Shown here one piece after another: positions 48,230 through 62,297 of a DNA stretch of 64,000 nucleotides (positions are counted from its first letter, which is position 1; every line of letters starts with the position of its first letter). The notes under the pieces are model-generated. The model was given only the letters and a program-made list of their open reading frames with translations. It made no database searches and was not told where the DNA came from. Position numbers and translations under genes: made by a program. This DNA is from Octopus vulgaris (taxonomy: Eukaryota). The DNA lies in NCBI GenBank assembly GCA_951406725.2, contig OX597822.1:36146001-36210000 (forward strand). Reading direction: 5' to 3'.

Positions 48230-48317
48230 TTGAAGTGATCTAAATTAAAACTTAATAAAATAGCTTTGCCATTATTAAGACAAGGGTTTCAAAATATAAA
48301 TTAGCAAGTGTTAATTA

Positions 48318-48709
48318 GGCGTAGGAGTGGCTGTGTGGTAAGTAGCTTGCTTACCAACCACATGGTTCTGGGTTCAGTCCCACTGTGTGGCACCTTCGGC
48401 AAGTGTCTTCTACTATAGCCTCAGGCCAACCAAAGCCTTGTGGGTGGATTTGGTAGACGGAAACTGAAAGAAGCCTGTCGTATATATGTATATGTGTGTG
48501 TATGTTTGTATGTCTGTGTTTGTCCCCGCAACATCGCTTGACAGCCAGTGCTGGAGTGTTTATGTCCCTGTAATTTAGCGGTTTGGCAAAAGAGACCGAT
48601 TGAATAAGTACTAGGCTTACAAAGAATAAGTCCTGGGGTTGATTTGCTCAACAAAAGGCAGTGCTCCAGCATGGCCGCAGTCAAATGACTGAAACAAGTA
48701 AAAGAGTAA
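48318..48709 (+). mobile_element. SINE family A
   Basis: Full match to family A. Confidence 0.9.
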
Positions 48710-49412
48710 GATATTTTAATTAAGTTCTTCATTATTTTCAAAATTAATTGAAACCAAGACAGTGTATTTCAACTGAAATATGGTAACAAAAGGGCTAATA
48801 AATATTAGTCTGTGAATTGAAAGCACAGAAATGGAGTGACCAAATAAATATGCAAAGCTCTTAGAAAAATCACTTCTTTGGGACATTTCTCCCATCCTTG
48901 TCTCCTTGCTTAAATGAGTAGGATAGATTGTTCTCTTCTGAGTATATATGTGTGTCAGCTGGAGGAAATGTTTGATTGTCCTTCTTCAGGAATAAAACAT
49001 AAACAGTTAAGATTTGAGTGGTCAAGCACCTTAGCCTAACATCATTGTGCATTCCTGTCTGCCTGGTTGTAAACAAAGCCACACCAGAGTCAGATCTCCT
49101 ACAAGCATTCTATGACTTGTGAATTAAGGTCAAAAATAAAAGATTAACCCTACCAGTCTTGATTCTTGATGATGTTTGATGCAATAATTTGCTTCAAATA
49201 TCTTCACAGCAACTAGAATCATTTCATGCAATAATTGTGTTTGGTTTCAAAGAACAATTGTCCAATTAATAAAAAGGTCATTGTGCTCTGTACTCTTTAT
49301 AACATTCTTTGCAAACCACAGATCCAATCCACGTTCCCTCATGTGTTTGGCAGTCTTTAGTTCAGTGCCCCCCTTTCAAATAATGGTGTTTTACAAACAT
49401 CCTGCCCATTAG

Positions 49413-49759
49413 AACTCTCTTTTACTCTTTTACTTGTTTCAGTCATTTGACAGCGGCCATGCTGGAGCACCGCCTTTAGTCAATCAAATCAACCCAGGAC
49501 TTCTTCTTTGTAAGCCTAGTACTTATTCAATCGGTCTCTTTTGCTGAAGCGCTAAGTTACGGGGACGTAAACACACAAACACAGATATATATACATATAT
49601 ACAACAGGCTTCTTTCTGTTTCCATCTACCAAATCCACTCACAAGGCTTTGGTCAGCCTATAGTAGAAGACACTTGCCCAAGGTGCCACACAGTGGGACT
49701 GAACCCAGAACCATGTGGTTGGTAAGCAAGCTACTTACCACACAGCCACTCCTACACCT
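49413..49759 (-). mobile_element. SINE family A with internal deletion
   Basis: Reverse match to family A. Confidence 0.9.
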
Positions 49760-50526
49760 ATTACTATTTTTAAATCTCACAATGTGAGATTGAAAAAAAA
49801 AAATGTTCTTTTAATGAAACAGAAGCTGATTTTGCACAGTAGATGATTACCCATATTATCTTTTTGTATCTCATTCAGCATGTCTGTCTCTATTTAGACA
49901 TTTATATGGACCAGACTAGTGACTCCAATGTTAAGTTTTTATGAAAATGATTAAAAGCAAGGACTTGTGTAATTACATTGGAACGTGAGGCATCGTCAGC
50001 CATGTTTTCTGCTGTCAGATAACACAATGTCCTACTTGTATTCTAGTCCTGATAAATATTTTATTGTCAATGTGTTTAAAATATAAGTATTGTACCTGGT
50101 TTAGATATTGTACAAGGTTTGCATCATAGAACCAGGGGCACTCTTTATCAAAAGGATTAAGTAACTTTTGTAACTGGCACTCCATCAGTTTTAACAAGGG
50201 TTCCAGGTGATTCAATCACTGGAAAAGCCTGCTCATAAAGTTAACAAGCAAGTGGCTGAACACTCCACAGACACACAGTTTTTGGAGAAATTCAACAAGA
50301 CAGAATGTGACAAGGCTGACTCTTTGAAATACAGGCACTATGCATTTTTGACAGCTGAATGGACTGGAGCAACATGAAATGGTGTGTCTTGCTCAAGGAC
50401 AATGTGCTGCCATGTATCAAACTCATGACTTTACAATCATGAGCCAAATTCCCTAACCAATGAGCCACGTGCCTTCACATATGAAAAAGTTTAAGATTAG
50501 AGCAGCAAAGATACCTACAAAATTCT

Positions 50527-50769
50527 TATTTCTTTATTGCCCACAAGGGGCTAAACATAGAGGGGACAAACAAGGACAAAGGGATTAAGTCGATTAGATC
50601 GACCCCAGTGTGTAACTGGTACGTAATTTATCGACCGTGAAAGGATGAAAGGCAAAGTCAACCTCGGTGGAACTTGAACTCAAAACGTAACGGCAGACAA
50701 AGTACCGCTAAGCATTTTGCCCGGCGTGCTAATGTTTCTGCCAGCTCGATGCCTTAAAATTAAAATGCT
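50527..50769 (-). mobile_element. SINE family B
   Basis: Reverse full-length copy; TSD tacaaaattct at 50516-50526 and 50770-50780. Confidence 0.85.
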
Positions 50770-51751
50770 TACAAAATTCTATTTATAACAAAAGTTTACT
50801 TGAGGTTAACTTATATAAAACTAACAAGCTGGAATATGGTTTGAAATGAAGGCTACATGGGAAATGGAAACATTCCCTTAACTTTATAGTCATTTAACAC
50901 ACCAACAACAATCAAGAGACTTACAACTAATGGGTTAAGTACTGAAATTAATTGAACAAAACTATTTTAATTTGCTTTGTTTAACTGCTTTGTTTTATTT
51001 TGATTTTTTTTTTTCTTTCACAAATACTATGTCAAATGAATCTACATAAAAGGCACAAAATGAAAAACAGTAGTAATTAACTTATTAATGCATGAAGTTT
51101 AATTGAGAAATTTGTATTAAATATTTAATTAAATACTTTACATTGTCTACTTCCCTGGTTGTTCTATTTTTGGGACACAATGAATAATTAATTTTTAAAA
51201 CACTTGAATAATTAAAATATACTATCAGTAATGACTTTTTCACAATATTCTCAACAAAGGTCATGAATTCATATATATAAACATGCAGAACAATATTTAC
51301 AGCTGAACGAATATTATACCAATATGTTAACGAGTATTTACTGTTGAATGAATATTCGACCAATACATTGAGGAGGACCAACTACAAAATAGATACCCTT
51401 CAAAGCATGTTGGGTATATAAGGGTTAAGTGAATACCTCTTCCAAGTCCTTTATCTTTTCTTTGTTTCAGTATCATTGGACTTGGCTATGAAGGGTTTAG
51501 TCAAACAAATTGCCCCCCCAGTATTTATTTTATCATTTTCTTACAACAAACTGCTAAGTTATGGGAACATAAACAAGCCGACATCAGTTGTCAGAGTGGT
51601 AGGAGACAAACAAACACAAAGACACATACACACACAACAGGCTTACACACAGTTTTTGCCTACCAAATCCACTCACAAGGCTTTGGTTGGCCTAGGGCTA
51701 TAATAGATGATACTTGCCCAAGATGTCACACAGTGGGACTGAACCCAGAAT

Positions 51752-51905
51752 CAGGGCTGTGGAGTCAAAACAAAAAATTTCGACTCCGACTCCTGTACTA
51801 TTGACACCTCTGACTCCTCTATGTAATTTAAGTGATTTGGTCTATTTTACCAACTCTGACTCCAGTTAACCCTTAAGTGTTACCGATCCCAACTCCACAG
51901 CCCTG
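51752..51905. mobile_element. hAT-type MITE with (GACTCC)n subterminal repeats, nested in a family A SINE (about 51450-51955, minus)
   Basis: TIR CAGGGCTGTGGAGT / ACTCCACAGCCCTG; TSD cccagaat / cccagaac. Confidence 0.9.
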
Positions 51906-53103
51906 CCCAGAACCATGTGGTTGGAAAATGAACTTCTTACTACAAAGCCACACCTGAATACTTAACTGTTTCAGAACAAGGCAAGTCATATCAAGTGCAA
52001 TATAAAAAAGGATAAAAAATAGTTACCTGTCTTTTTTATGCAAGCAAGTCTTAGCAAATATATATATATATATATATATGTATATACATATATATATATA
52101 TATATATAAATATATATATTCCAAATTGTGGCACTCCTGTGAAAGTCTCGAAAACAATACCTCAACAAACTGACACAATATTGTGCTGGAATTTCTTTTC
52201 AATATTTTTTCCCCCACACGAAATAGAAGAACCCCTTATAAGAAGAATTTCTCAAGTCAGACTTCACCTTACAGACAGATGAAACAAAATTTTAAAGGAA
52301 AAGGAAAAAAATGTACGAAAAAAGCAGCTCAGCTCATAAAATTATTGTTATTATTACTATTATTATCATCAATTCCTCAATGTATGGAATATCTTTACAG
52401 GGCTGGTTCTTCTAATAAGTTTTGCAGTGGGGTATTCAAGCAGTCAACCAGAGAGCCGAGGAAGACACAACAGTATAAAAAAAAAAACTTTTAATAATAA
52501 AGAGAAAGAGTGAGGCAGAGTGAATTAAAGAGAAACAGGTAAGAAAAGAGAGAGAGAGAGACATAAAACAAGAAAGACTCTGAGAAAGAGTTATACATAT
52601 ATATGTAGAGGGGGGTGAGACAGATAAAGAAGGAGAGAAAAGAAGATGGGTCATGTGATCAGTTATGTTATTATTGAAAGAGAAATTTAAAAGGACAGGA
52701 CAGGTATGCATAATTACATCTTTGAGGAGGAAAGAGAGAGTGTGAGTGTGTGTGTGAGAGAGAGAGGGGGGAGGGAGAAGGAGGAAAGACAGAGAAGGGA
52801 TGCATGAACAAGTGACAGGAATGTTTATTACTAGCTTGACTTGAAGTCAAGCAAGGGAGGGAGGCAGTGGAGGATAGGACCAGTGGCACAGATCCTTGTT
52901 ACACATGGTTTTATTATTTTACAGGTATGTATGTGTCATCCATCCCTAGACACAAGCAATCTACAAACATGCCCACACATACAACCTTCACATGTACTGT
53001 CTGAACAAGCCAATGTGGGAACCTCTCTGTATGCAGTTGCTCATCCTGCTAGAAATAGCAGCTAAATTTCCATCCAGTGACACACCACCTCAATGACTTA
53101 GAA

Positions 53104-53778
53104 CAGAGGTTCTCAACCATTTTTTACCTATGGACCCCTTTGATTACTATCCTATTCTGGTGGACCCACATAACCATTCAATGTTTAAAAACTAGTTTTA
53201 TTGAAACTTTTCAAAATTCCTATTTTGTTTTTCACACATTAATTTGTGTAGGTTGAACTATGTAAAATGTTAGAGAAGGAAACCTAGCTGTTCCTTTTAA
53301 TACATACCAATAACAATAAATGTCACCCTTTTCAAGCCTAGCCAGGCTCATGGGCACGGTTTCCCAGTCTCTCTGGTGTAGGTGTGCACCCCAGCTGGAC
53401 AGGACACCAGTCCATCACAGCATTATTCAAGAAACAGGAAGAGAGAGTGAGAGAAAGTTGTGGCGAAAGAGTACAACAGGGGTCACCACCACCCCCTGCC
53501 AGAGCCTTGTGGAGCTTTTAGGTGTTTTCACTCAATAAACACACACAATGTCCAGTCTGGGAATCGAAACCACAATCCTACGACCGCGAGTCCGCTGCCC
53601 TAACCACTGGGCCATTGTGCCTCCTAATACATACCAATACATAAATCTAAAATAAATTTTTTTCAGGGACCCTTAAAATACTATTGTGGATCCCCAATTT
53701 ACTATTTTGTTGCATCCCCCCCACCCCAATCTTATATAGACCCTCAGGGACCATATGAACCCCAGTTAAGAACCACTG
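53104..53778. mobile_element. hAT-type element containing a nested family E SINE (53313-53624, minus)
   Basis: TIR CAGAGGTTCTCAAC / GTTAAGAACCACTG; TSD acttagaa / gcttagaa; the SINE has a perfect 15-bp TSD taatacataccaata. Confidence 0.85.
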
Positions 53779-54669
53779 GCTTAGAAAAACACAAACACAC
53801 TGATTAATGCAGCCTTAAGTGCACTGTGCTAAGAAAAAAGGCAAAATGTTTATAACCAAACGAGCTCAGCTAGTGTCAACAATACTAATCTCAATGATAA
53901 ACCAGGCTGACCAAGCTAATCCTTTTGCATTCAGATTACTCAGTCCAATTTAATATTTATACACAAGGTTTTGAATTAATCATGTGTTATCTCATAGCTT
54001 CGAGATTTCAATGATGTGATTGTTTTATTCTTAGTATGACATTGTTGGGTAGGTAGGAAAAGCTGGATCTAGTCAGTTTGAACATAAAACAGGTTGAATA
54101 TTTTGGCCGGTTTAAATGCTAAAGGGTTAAGCAACAACAGCAACAACAATTTATACACAATGTTAATATATATATATACAATCACTGTATATATACACTA
54201 CACACAAGCTAATGTCATCACCCAATCAACTGGAAATAGTGACCACACCTCCTTCTTCAAGAAATATATTACTGTCTTAGAAAAAGGACACATTAAACAG
54301 TGCAGTCCTAGATCCGCCTAAAAAGACATGACGGTCATGACTGGAATGCCTTTAATCACAGATCTGCTAGATCAACACTTCACTTGTTTCTAAAAAAACT
54401 GTACGTCTTGCATGGTTCTACCGATTCATAAATAATCGAAATAATAATGGTTTCAAATTCTGGCACAGGACCAGTAATTTTGGGGAAGCAGCTAAGTTGA
54501 TTACATCGATTTAACAATGTTCAACTGGTACTTATTTTATGGACCCTGAAAGGATGAAATGCGAAGTCGACTTTGGCAGAATTTGAACTCAGAATGTAAG
54601 GATGGATAAAATGCAGCTAAGTGTTTTGCCCTGTATGCTGAGTATTCTGCCAGTTCACTGTTGTAATTA

Positions 54670-55192
54670 TAACGAGAGCAGTAAAAGAGTGCAAACCTCC
54701 ACCAAGACATCACAAACGTCCTTTCAATGGTTAGCCAGAGATGATTTTTAAAATGAGAATATCTGAAATAAACTGAATTGCTCTCACAAAAGAGAATACT
54801 AAAAATGACCCTGACTACTCTCAAACAGGAAAATAATCCAAATATATATATATATATATATATATATACTGAGCAAGAGGTGAAGGGAGAGGAGATGAAA
54901 TAATACAGTGAAGGAGAAGTAGTGAGAGTAACAGCCATAACTGAGAGGGTGTAAGAGAAAGTAATGACAATGAGAAAGACAGGTAAAGTACAAAAAATCA
55001 GAAAAATAATCCAGAATCCTTGTCCAGTACCAGATCAATCCCAAAATCTAATGAGACCGTGCCAGTCACAAGGCCAAACATCCCTGAAAGTTTCATCCGA
55101 ATCCATCCAGCAGTTCTTGAGATATCTAGTCCATGGACAAACAAACAAGCACGACTGAAAACAATACCTCCGCCTTCTCTAAGACAGAAGTA
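54670..55192 (+). mobile_element. Helentron/HINE (DINE-1-like) non-autonomous element, interrupted
   Basis: 5' subterminal acctccaccaag; 3' hairpin tacctccgcctt-ctct-aagacagaagta; a second copy is split at 55652-55771 plus 57247-57425. Confidence 0.55.
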
Positions 55193-55771
55193 AAATAATA
55201 ATAATGGTTTCAAATTTTGCCACAAGGACAGTGATTTGGTGGGGAGGGGATGAGTTTATTAAATCAACCCCAGTGATTCAATGGTACTTATTTTATTGAC
55301 CCCGAAAGGATGAAAGATAAAGTCAGTCTCAGCGAAATTTGAATGCAGAACATAGTAACGAGCAAAATACTGCTGAGCATTTCATCCAGAGCACTAACGA
55401 TAATAATAATAATCCTTTCTATTATAGGCACAAGGCCAGTTACATCAACCCCAATACTCAATTTATCGACCCTGAAAGGATGAAAGGTAAAGAGGAGCTC
55501 AGCGGAATTTGAACTCAGAATGTAGTGACGGGTGAAATACAATTTTGCCAGCTCTCCACCTTAAAGTCAACCTCAGTGGAACATAGCAACAGGCAAAATA
55601 CTGCTAAGCATATCATCCAGTGCGCTAAAGATTCTGCCAGATAATAATAATAACAAGAGCACTCAGAGAGTGCAAACCTCTGCCAAAGCAACACCAACGT
55701 CCTCTCAATGATTGGCCAGAGATTATTTTTAAAATGAGAAATATACTCGACCGTTCTCAGAAATGAGAATA

Positions 55772-57246
55772 CCATAAAAACCCATTTAATTTGCACACCT
55801 GTGTAATTTACACAGGTGATTTTCAGGATAAAAATTGTTAAAAAAGCTTCTGCTCATGTAAGATTCTCCCCCAAAAGTTTTCAGAATTGCCGATCTGGCG
55901 GGGGAGGGGGCAAAGGTTTTCAATTTAGTTGTATTTAGCATAATTTCACTTACTTATGATTAGATTTTATAAAATTTTCATTAAATAAAAATAATTTCTG
56001 TTTAACAGGTTTCACATTGAAAGCTATTAAATTACGAAGTGTTTGTGTTGTTTATAATAAACTCTATTTTACATTTCTCGCCCACAAGAGATTATGTCCG
56101 ATCTTTAGCATACATATATATGTCTTCACAAATCACGATCATGATCACAGGAAAAGTTGTTGATAATTCTTATCAATAAAAACAATGCTGATAAAAACAG
56201 ACAAGTGTACATTATTTACATTATTTACATTTGACAGATATTTGTCCTCATCCTGTTTGTTGTAACACACAAGTGTTGCAAAATAAGTTTAATTACCAAT
56301 AAACATCAGCTTGGATGACACTTCACTCAACCGATAGAAGGTGACTGATCAAACTGATTATGTAAACAGAATTCTGATTAGTCAAAAAGGTCTTCTTGTC
56401 TCAAGCTCTGATTTTCTGCCTCTTCTTGTCGGAACCTTTGATACGGAGTATCAAATTTTAATCTCTTTCACACTTATAAAATATCAAGCAAACTTAAAAA
56501 TTTGTCATTACTGTTTTAGCCGGGAGAACAAACTGATAGTTTGGTAACCCGCTCAAATAGACATTAAAAATCGAACGGAGAAAATAAACAGCTTTGCAAG
56601 TTTAACTCATTGTTTATTGAACAAGAGAGGTGCGAAATTTAAGAAGCGACTTGTTAGAATATACAGGTCTGTGAGGAGACATAAACAAAAATAGCAAAAA
56701 TCTACTATACCAAAAGAACTGGTAATACATACATTACAAGTGTTCTATGAAGAGAACATAAGATTGCTGCATAATAGAACATGAATGTGAAATGACATTA
56801 AACATCGTACAAGGTAAATGAAGGGTTCTGTAGGAATACTAAGTCATATTCACTTAGTGAGTTTACGTGCACAAGGATGAATTATGATGTTGTCATCAGT
56901 GCTAGATGCAGTAAAATGTGGCCCGGACCATGATTACCAATATGAACGTCAAACTTCAAAAAGTAGTTAACCATTTAATGTCTTTAGTAAATTTATACAA
57001 AAAATGTAAACATTATACCATCCAGCATAAATAAAAGTCAACTTCGTTATATTTTTCTGTAAAAAACCTATTCTGACATTAAATGAGTCAACTTCTGGTA
57101 CAAATATTTATGTTTGTACGTCATTTTCCAACAAAAAAAATTTCTAAAATATCCTGGAAACGACCTACTCATGTAATTTAAACGCCCCCCCTAACGTTTA
57201 TTTTTGTTTTTGTGAAAAAGTGCATCAATTACATTGGTGTTTACAG
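55772..57246. mobile_element. About 1.5-kb TA-flanked TIR element (Tc1/mariner-pogo-like, non-autonomous)
   Basis: The host motif gagaaTActaaaaatg is split with TA duplicated; imperfect TIRs CCATAAAAACCCATTTAATT and (reverse complement) CTGTAAACACCAATGTAATT; no transposase ORF recognised. Confidence 0.65.
56209..56268 (-). mobile_element. 60-bp retroposed fragment matching the post-cleavage tail of the 5499-5785 element
   Basis: Minus strand reads GTGTTACAACAAACAGGATGAGGACAAATATC..., matching 5693 onward; 8-bp TSD acaagtgt at 56201-56208 and 56269-56276. Confidence 0.8.
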
Positions 57247-60200
57247 TACTAAAAATGAACCCAGCCATTCACAAAAATTAAGTAAAAAAAGCAGGAAAAA
57301 TAATCCAAAGTCCTTGTCCAGCAACAGATCGATCCCAAAATCTAATCAGTTTGTGCCAGTCATGAGGCCAAACATCCATGAAAGTTTCATCCGAATCCAT
57401 CCAGTGGTTCTTGAGATATCTTGAGATAATTTGCACACAAATTTTAGCAAAATCTTATATAGACTCCAGTCTTTGATGCTCCACTGTAGTAGAGCATCAG
57501 AAGAGATGCCAGCAAGATTTGAACACACCTAACTAAATATCAAAATGCATTGCATCTGACACTATCAATTCCGCCAGCCCGCTGCCTTGTAATAATCCTT
57601 ATTACTATAGGCACAAGGCCAAAAATTTGGGGTAGGGGGATGGTCGATTACATTGACCCGTGTTTCACTGGTACTTAATTTTCAACCCCTAAAGGATGAA
57701 AAGCAAAGTCAACCTCAGTGGAATTTGAACTCAGGACATAGCAGCAGACGAAATACTGCTAAGCATTTCACCTGGGATGCTAACGATTCTGCCAGTTTGC
57801 CGCCTTTGCTCCCTTGTAACAATAATTGTTTCTAATAGAAGCACAGGGAAACACCCTGAGGTATTCATTCCAATTTGCTACATTCTGAGTTTAAAATTTG
57901 GTGTGGCTTACTTGAATAGAAACCTTAATCCATAACCCAGTTTAATACCACCACCTGGGCCTTAGGCCCTTACAGCAAAGCCTACTCTTGTTGCTAGGAT
58001 TCACAAGTAGGCCACCCTGTTTGAAGATACCTTCCTCCTTCCCTCCCAACTGTCTCAGAGATCCCTGCAAAGGGTCATAGATACTGCCTTTTGCCTTCTT
58101 GACTAAAAGATTTTGAAAAAGGGGGACAAGAGAAAAAAAGTATGTCTACTTTTTTTAAGCAGGATCAGTGAAGATAAAATCAAAAATGTAATGTTGACAT
58201 TTAAAACAGAAAAAAAAATACTCGAGTAATAATGACTTTCGACAGTTAAAGCATGTGGAAGAAGACTTGGGAATGGAAGAGGGGCAACTGAGAATTAGAG
58301 AAGGGTTATAAGGAGATGACCTTTTTTTTTTCTGTCAGTTGGAGGTAGGAATTTGGATATTTGCATTTGTGGCTCTGGAATTTCCATTTATATTGACTGT
58401 CAAATGATAAGGGAGGGAGAGAGGGACAGAGAGGACAGAGAGGTGAGAGAGAGAGAGAGGGAGGGAGAGAAAGAGATGATGGGGAGAGGGGGAATGAGTG
58501 AGTCCACAGTCAAAATACATTGCAAGGATGACTGAACAAAGAAAACTAACAAACGACCAAGAGATATAATTACAAGCACAGGAATAAGGAAAAGATGTAA
58601 TTACAAATGCACACACACACACATACAGAGACCCCTTTTTTGTTTTAAGGGAAAACATATGGTTGGTTGCAACTGACCTTGAGACAGTTGAAACTAGAAC
58701 AATACTGTGTTCAAATCAATGCAATATTTAATTACTTTTTCACATGCTTAACTGCATTGTTAAGAAGCTTGCTTTGTAATTACATGGTTTTGGGTTCAGT
58801 CCCACTGTACAGCACCATGGGCATATGTCTTCTACTATTGCACCAGACTGACCAATGCCTTGAGAGTGAATTTGGTGAATGGAAACAGTGTGGAAGCCCA
58901 TCATGTTTGTGTGTGTGTGTGTTTGTATTTTTCCCCACCCATTGTTTGACAACCAGTGTTAGTTTGTTTACATCCTTGTAATTAAACAGTTTGATAAAAT
59001 GAGACTACTACAATAAGTTCCAGGCTTAAAAAATTGGTACTGAGGGTGATTTCTTTGACTAAAAACCCTTGAAGGTGATGCCTCAACATGGTCCAAGTCC
59101 AAAGACCGAAACCAGTAAAAGGTGAATTTGGGACTCCTGGTACCAATGCTAGACATCATTATAAAACATTCCCAAAGACAGAAATTGGATGAGAGGGGAG
59201 GTGTGTAGTTGATTTTACTAACCTCAATAGGTAACAGGTACTTAATTTATCAACCACCACAAGGATGAAAGACATCGGTGGCAGAAAGAGTAAAATCCTT
59301 GACAAAATGTCCCTAAAATACTTAATTCTATTCCTTTATATCAAAAATTCTACCAACGTTAACTTTTGACTTTATCCCTCTCAAATAGAAGTCTGTTCCA
59401 ATGATATTCCTTTACTGGAACAACACTATCTAAAAGGTTATTAGTCGATCATAGTTGGCCCAAGGATTATAGTAGGAGACTCTTGCCCAAGATGCCATGC
59501 AGTGGGACTGAAACCAAAACCAAGTGGTTGGGAAAGGAACTTCTTAATGACACAACCATGCATGTGCTTCCATTTGTAAAACTATGCACATCATCATGAC
59601 TTATACCGAGACCACCAGTCTTTATAACCTACCCCTGTCATGTTCCTTCATCTGTCACCCTTGGAGCAATAGAGAAGCACGAGGGTCAGTGGTCAGGGTA
59701 TCTGGCTCATGACCATATGGTCGTGAGCTCGATTCCCTGTAGTGAGTTGTATTCTTGAGCAAGACTTTTATTTCATGTTGTTCCAGTCCACTCAGCTGGC
59801 AAAAATGAGTTGCCACAATATGTATCACACTGAATCTCCCTAAGAACTATGTTAAGGATATGTGCATCTGTGGAGCACTCAATCACTTCCACATTAATTT
59901 CACAAGTAGGCTGTTCTACTGAATGGATCAACTGGAACCCTCGCCATCATAACTGATGGAGTACCAGTTTTATTTCAGGGTTTTTTATAATAGAGAGAGA
60001 AATATCATTAATAGGGAACTGGGCAACAACAATGGAGCAGTATTTTGCTTTAACCTCTATATTCTGAATAGAAATTGTACAACGACTGAATTCATCTTTC
60101 AAGGCTTTCATCTGAGCAATAAAGTAAGCACACTGCAATTTAGTAGATTGTTTGCTCCAAAAAGTCATTTGTTATCTTGTACCAATATTAAGAGTTAAAA

Positions 60201-60422
60201 TTATTATCATCATCATCACCTTCATCATCTTTCTCCAAGGTGGTCAATCTGCTAAATACCAGCATGTTAGCCACACTAAAGAAAAAAAATACTCTCGCAA
60301 ATATGATTCGTTGGGGAACAGCTCCCAATGGTTTAGCTGATCAGATTACCTCCACTGCTCATTTCAATTTCAGTGTTGTTATGCCAACTTTTTAATTACA
60401 CAGCCATGACTTCATCTTTCTG

Positions 60423-60457
<35 letters not shown>

Positions 60458-60992
60458 TTACTTGTTTTAGTCCATTACACAGTAGATGGTGCCAGGTGTT
60501 TGCTAGTTTGTTATTCATGAAGTTGTAAAACAACTATATGAATTCCATTAAACAGACCCAAGGCTGGTGAAGATTTGACTACAGACAAAGAAATAATAGC
60601 TGTGTGACAAGGATGGTGATGGTGACAACAATGGCAGTGATGATGACGGTGATGACGAGAGTTTACAGCAAATTAGCAAATGCAATCTATCTGCTTAGTT
60701 TTTCTGTTTGCAACTTGGAATTTAAACTTAACAAGAGAACAAACAAGTGAACAGTAAATAAAGTTTATTCTCTTATTTACTCTACACACAATAAATTTGT
60801 CAATATAATTAGTTGTTGCTTTTTGAGACTATCAGAGAAGCAGGGTCTTGCCAAAAGTGCTTATAACCCTAGGTCAGTCTCGTTCAAGCAGAACCATGAT
60901 GAAAAGGTGTCCTACATATGAAAAATACCATCTCTGGCAAACCTTTTTGACACCAACCCACCCAAGACTGTCCCTGGTCCTATCGTACAAAC

Positions 60993-61243
60993 CAAAGCTG
61001 TGGAGTCGGAGTCAGAAACAATTAAGGGGTAGCTGGAGTCGGAGTCGGAATGGTTTTACAGACTCCGACTCACAATATCTTTATTCTTTAATATAAACAA
61101 GTTATAACATATTGGCCTACTCAAAGTACAAGTGTATGCATATACTTTATGAGATATGTAGACTACAATCACTTAATTACATATAGAGGAGTCAGAGTCG
61201 GAATCAGAGTCAGAGTTTTTTTTTTTCCCACTCCACAGTCCAA
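60993..61243. mobile_element. hAT-type (GGAGTC)n MITE nested in a piggyBac-type MITE
   Basis: Ends CAAAGCTGTGGAGTC / ACTCCACAGTCCAA; approximate TSD gtacaaac / ctacaaaa. Confidence 0.7.
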
Positions 61244-61880
61244 CTACAAAATCCATTTTAAAAGTTAACAACACCTTACACCAGAATTTCATGTTAATTT
61301 ATGCTGCAAACTAGCCTAACGATGACATAATCATTTTATTGAATTTTTTGTTATTTTCAAAATCAATGGAAACAAAGGTAGGATATTTCAACAGAAATAT
61401 GGCAATCAGAGACATCATTGCCCAGTGTGTCTTCTTTTGTATTCTATCTTTTGTGTGTTTCCGTCACTGGACTGTGGCCTTGCTGGAGCATTGCATTTCT
61501 GAATTTTTTTTTTTTTTTAAATCAAACAAAGCAACTCTAGTGCTTATTTTTTTAAGTGTAGCACTTATTCTATTGGTCTAGTTTGGCGAAGCATTAAGTT
61601 ATGAAAATATAAACAAACTAACACTGGTTAAGCAAGCAGTTGGGGGAGGACAAACACACACACAAAACAGGCTTCCACAATTTCTGTCTACCAAAATTTA
61701 CAAGGCATTGGTCAGCTTGGGACAACAGAAAAAGATACTTGCGCAAGGTACCATGTTATGGGACTGAACCCAAGACCAAGTAATTGTAAAGCAAACTTCT
61801 TAAACACATACCCAATATTATTATTTTTTTTTAAGTTCATGCAGTTTGATAGGAGAGCAAAAAAAATGATATTTTTAAAA

Positions 61881-62297
61881 GAGTGTAGGAGGGGCTGTGT
61901 GGTAAATAGCTTGCTTACGAACCACATGGTTCCGGGTTCAGTCCCACTGCGTGGCATCTTGAGCAAGTGTCTTCTACTATAGCCTCAGACCGACCAAAGC
62001 ATTGTGAGTGGATTTGGTAGACAGAAAAACTGAAAGAAGCCCGACGTATATATGTATATAAATATATGCATGTGTGTGTATATGTTTCTATGTCTGCGTT
62101 TGTCACCCCAACATCGCTTGACAACTGATGCTGGTGTGTTTACGTCCCCATAACTTAACGGTTCGGCAAAAGAGACCGATAGAATAAGTACTAGGCTTAC
62201 AAAGAATAAGTCCTGGGTTGATTTGCTCGACTAAAGGTGGTGCTCCAGCTTGGCCACAGTTAAATGACTGAAACAAGTAAAAGAGTAAAAGAGAGAG
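61881..62297 (+). mobile_element. SINE family A
   Basis: Full match; an older inverted copy lies at about 61440-61815. Confidence 0.9.
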
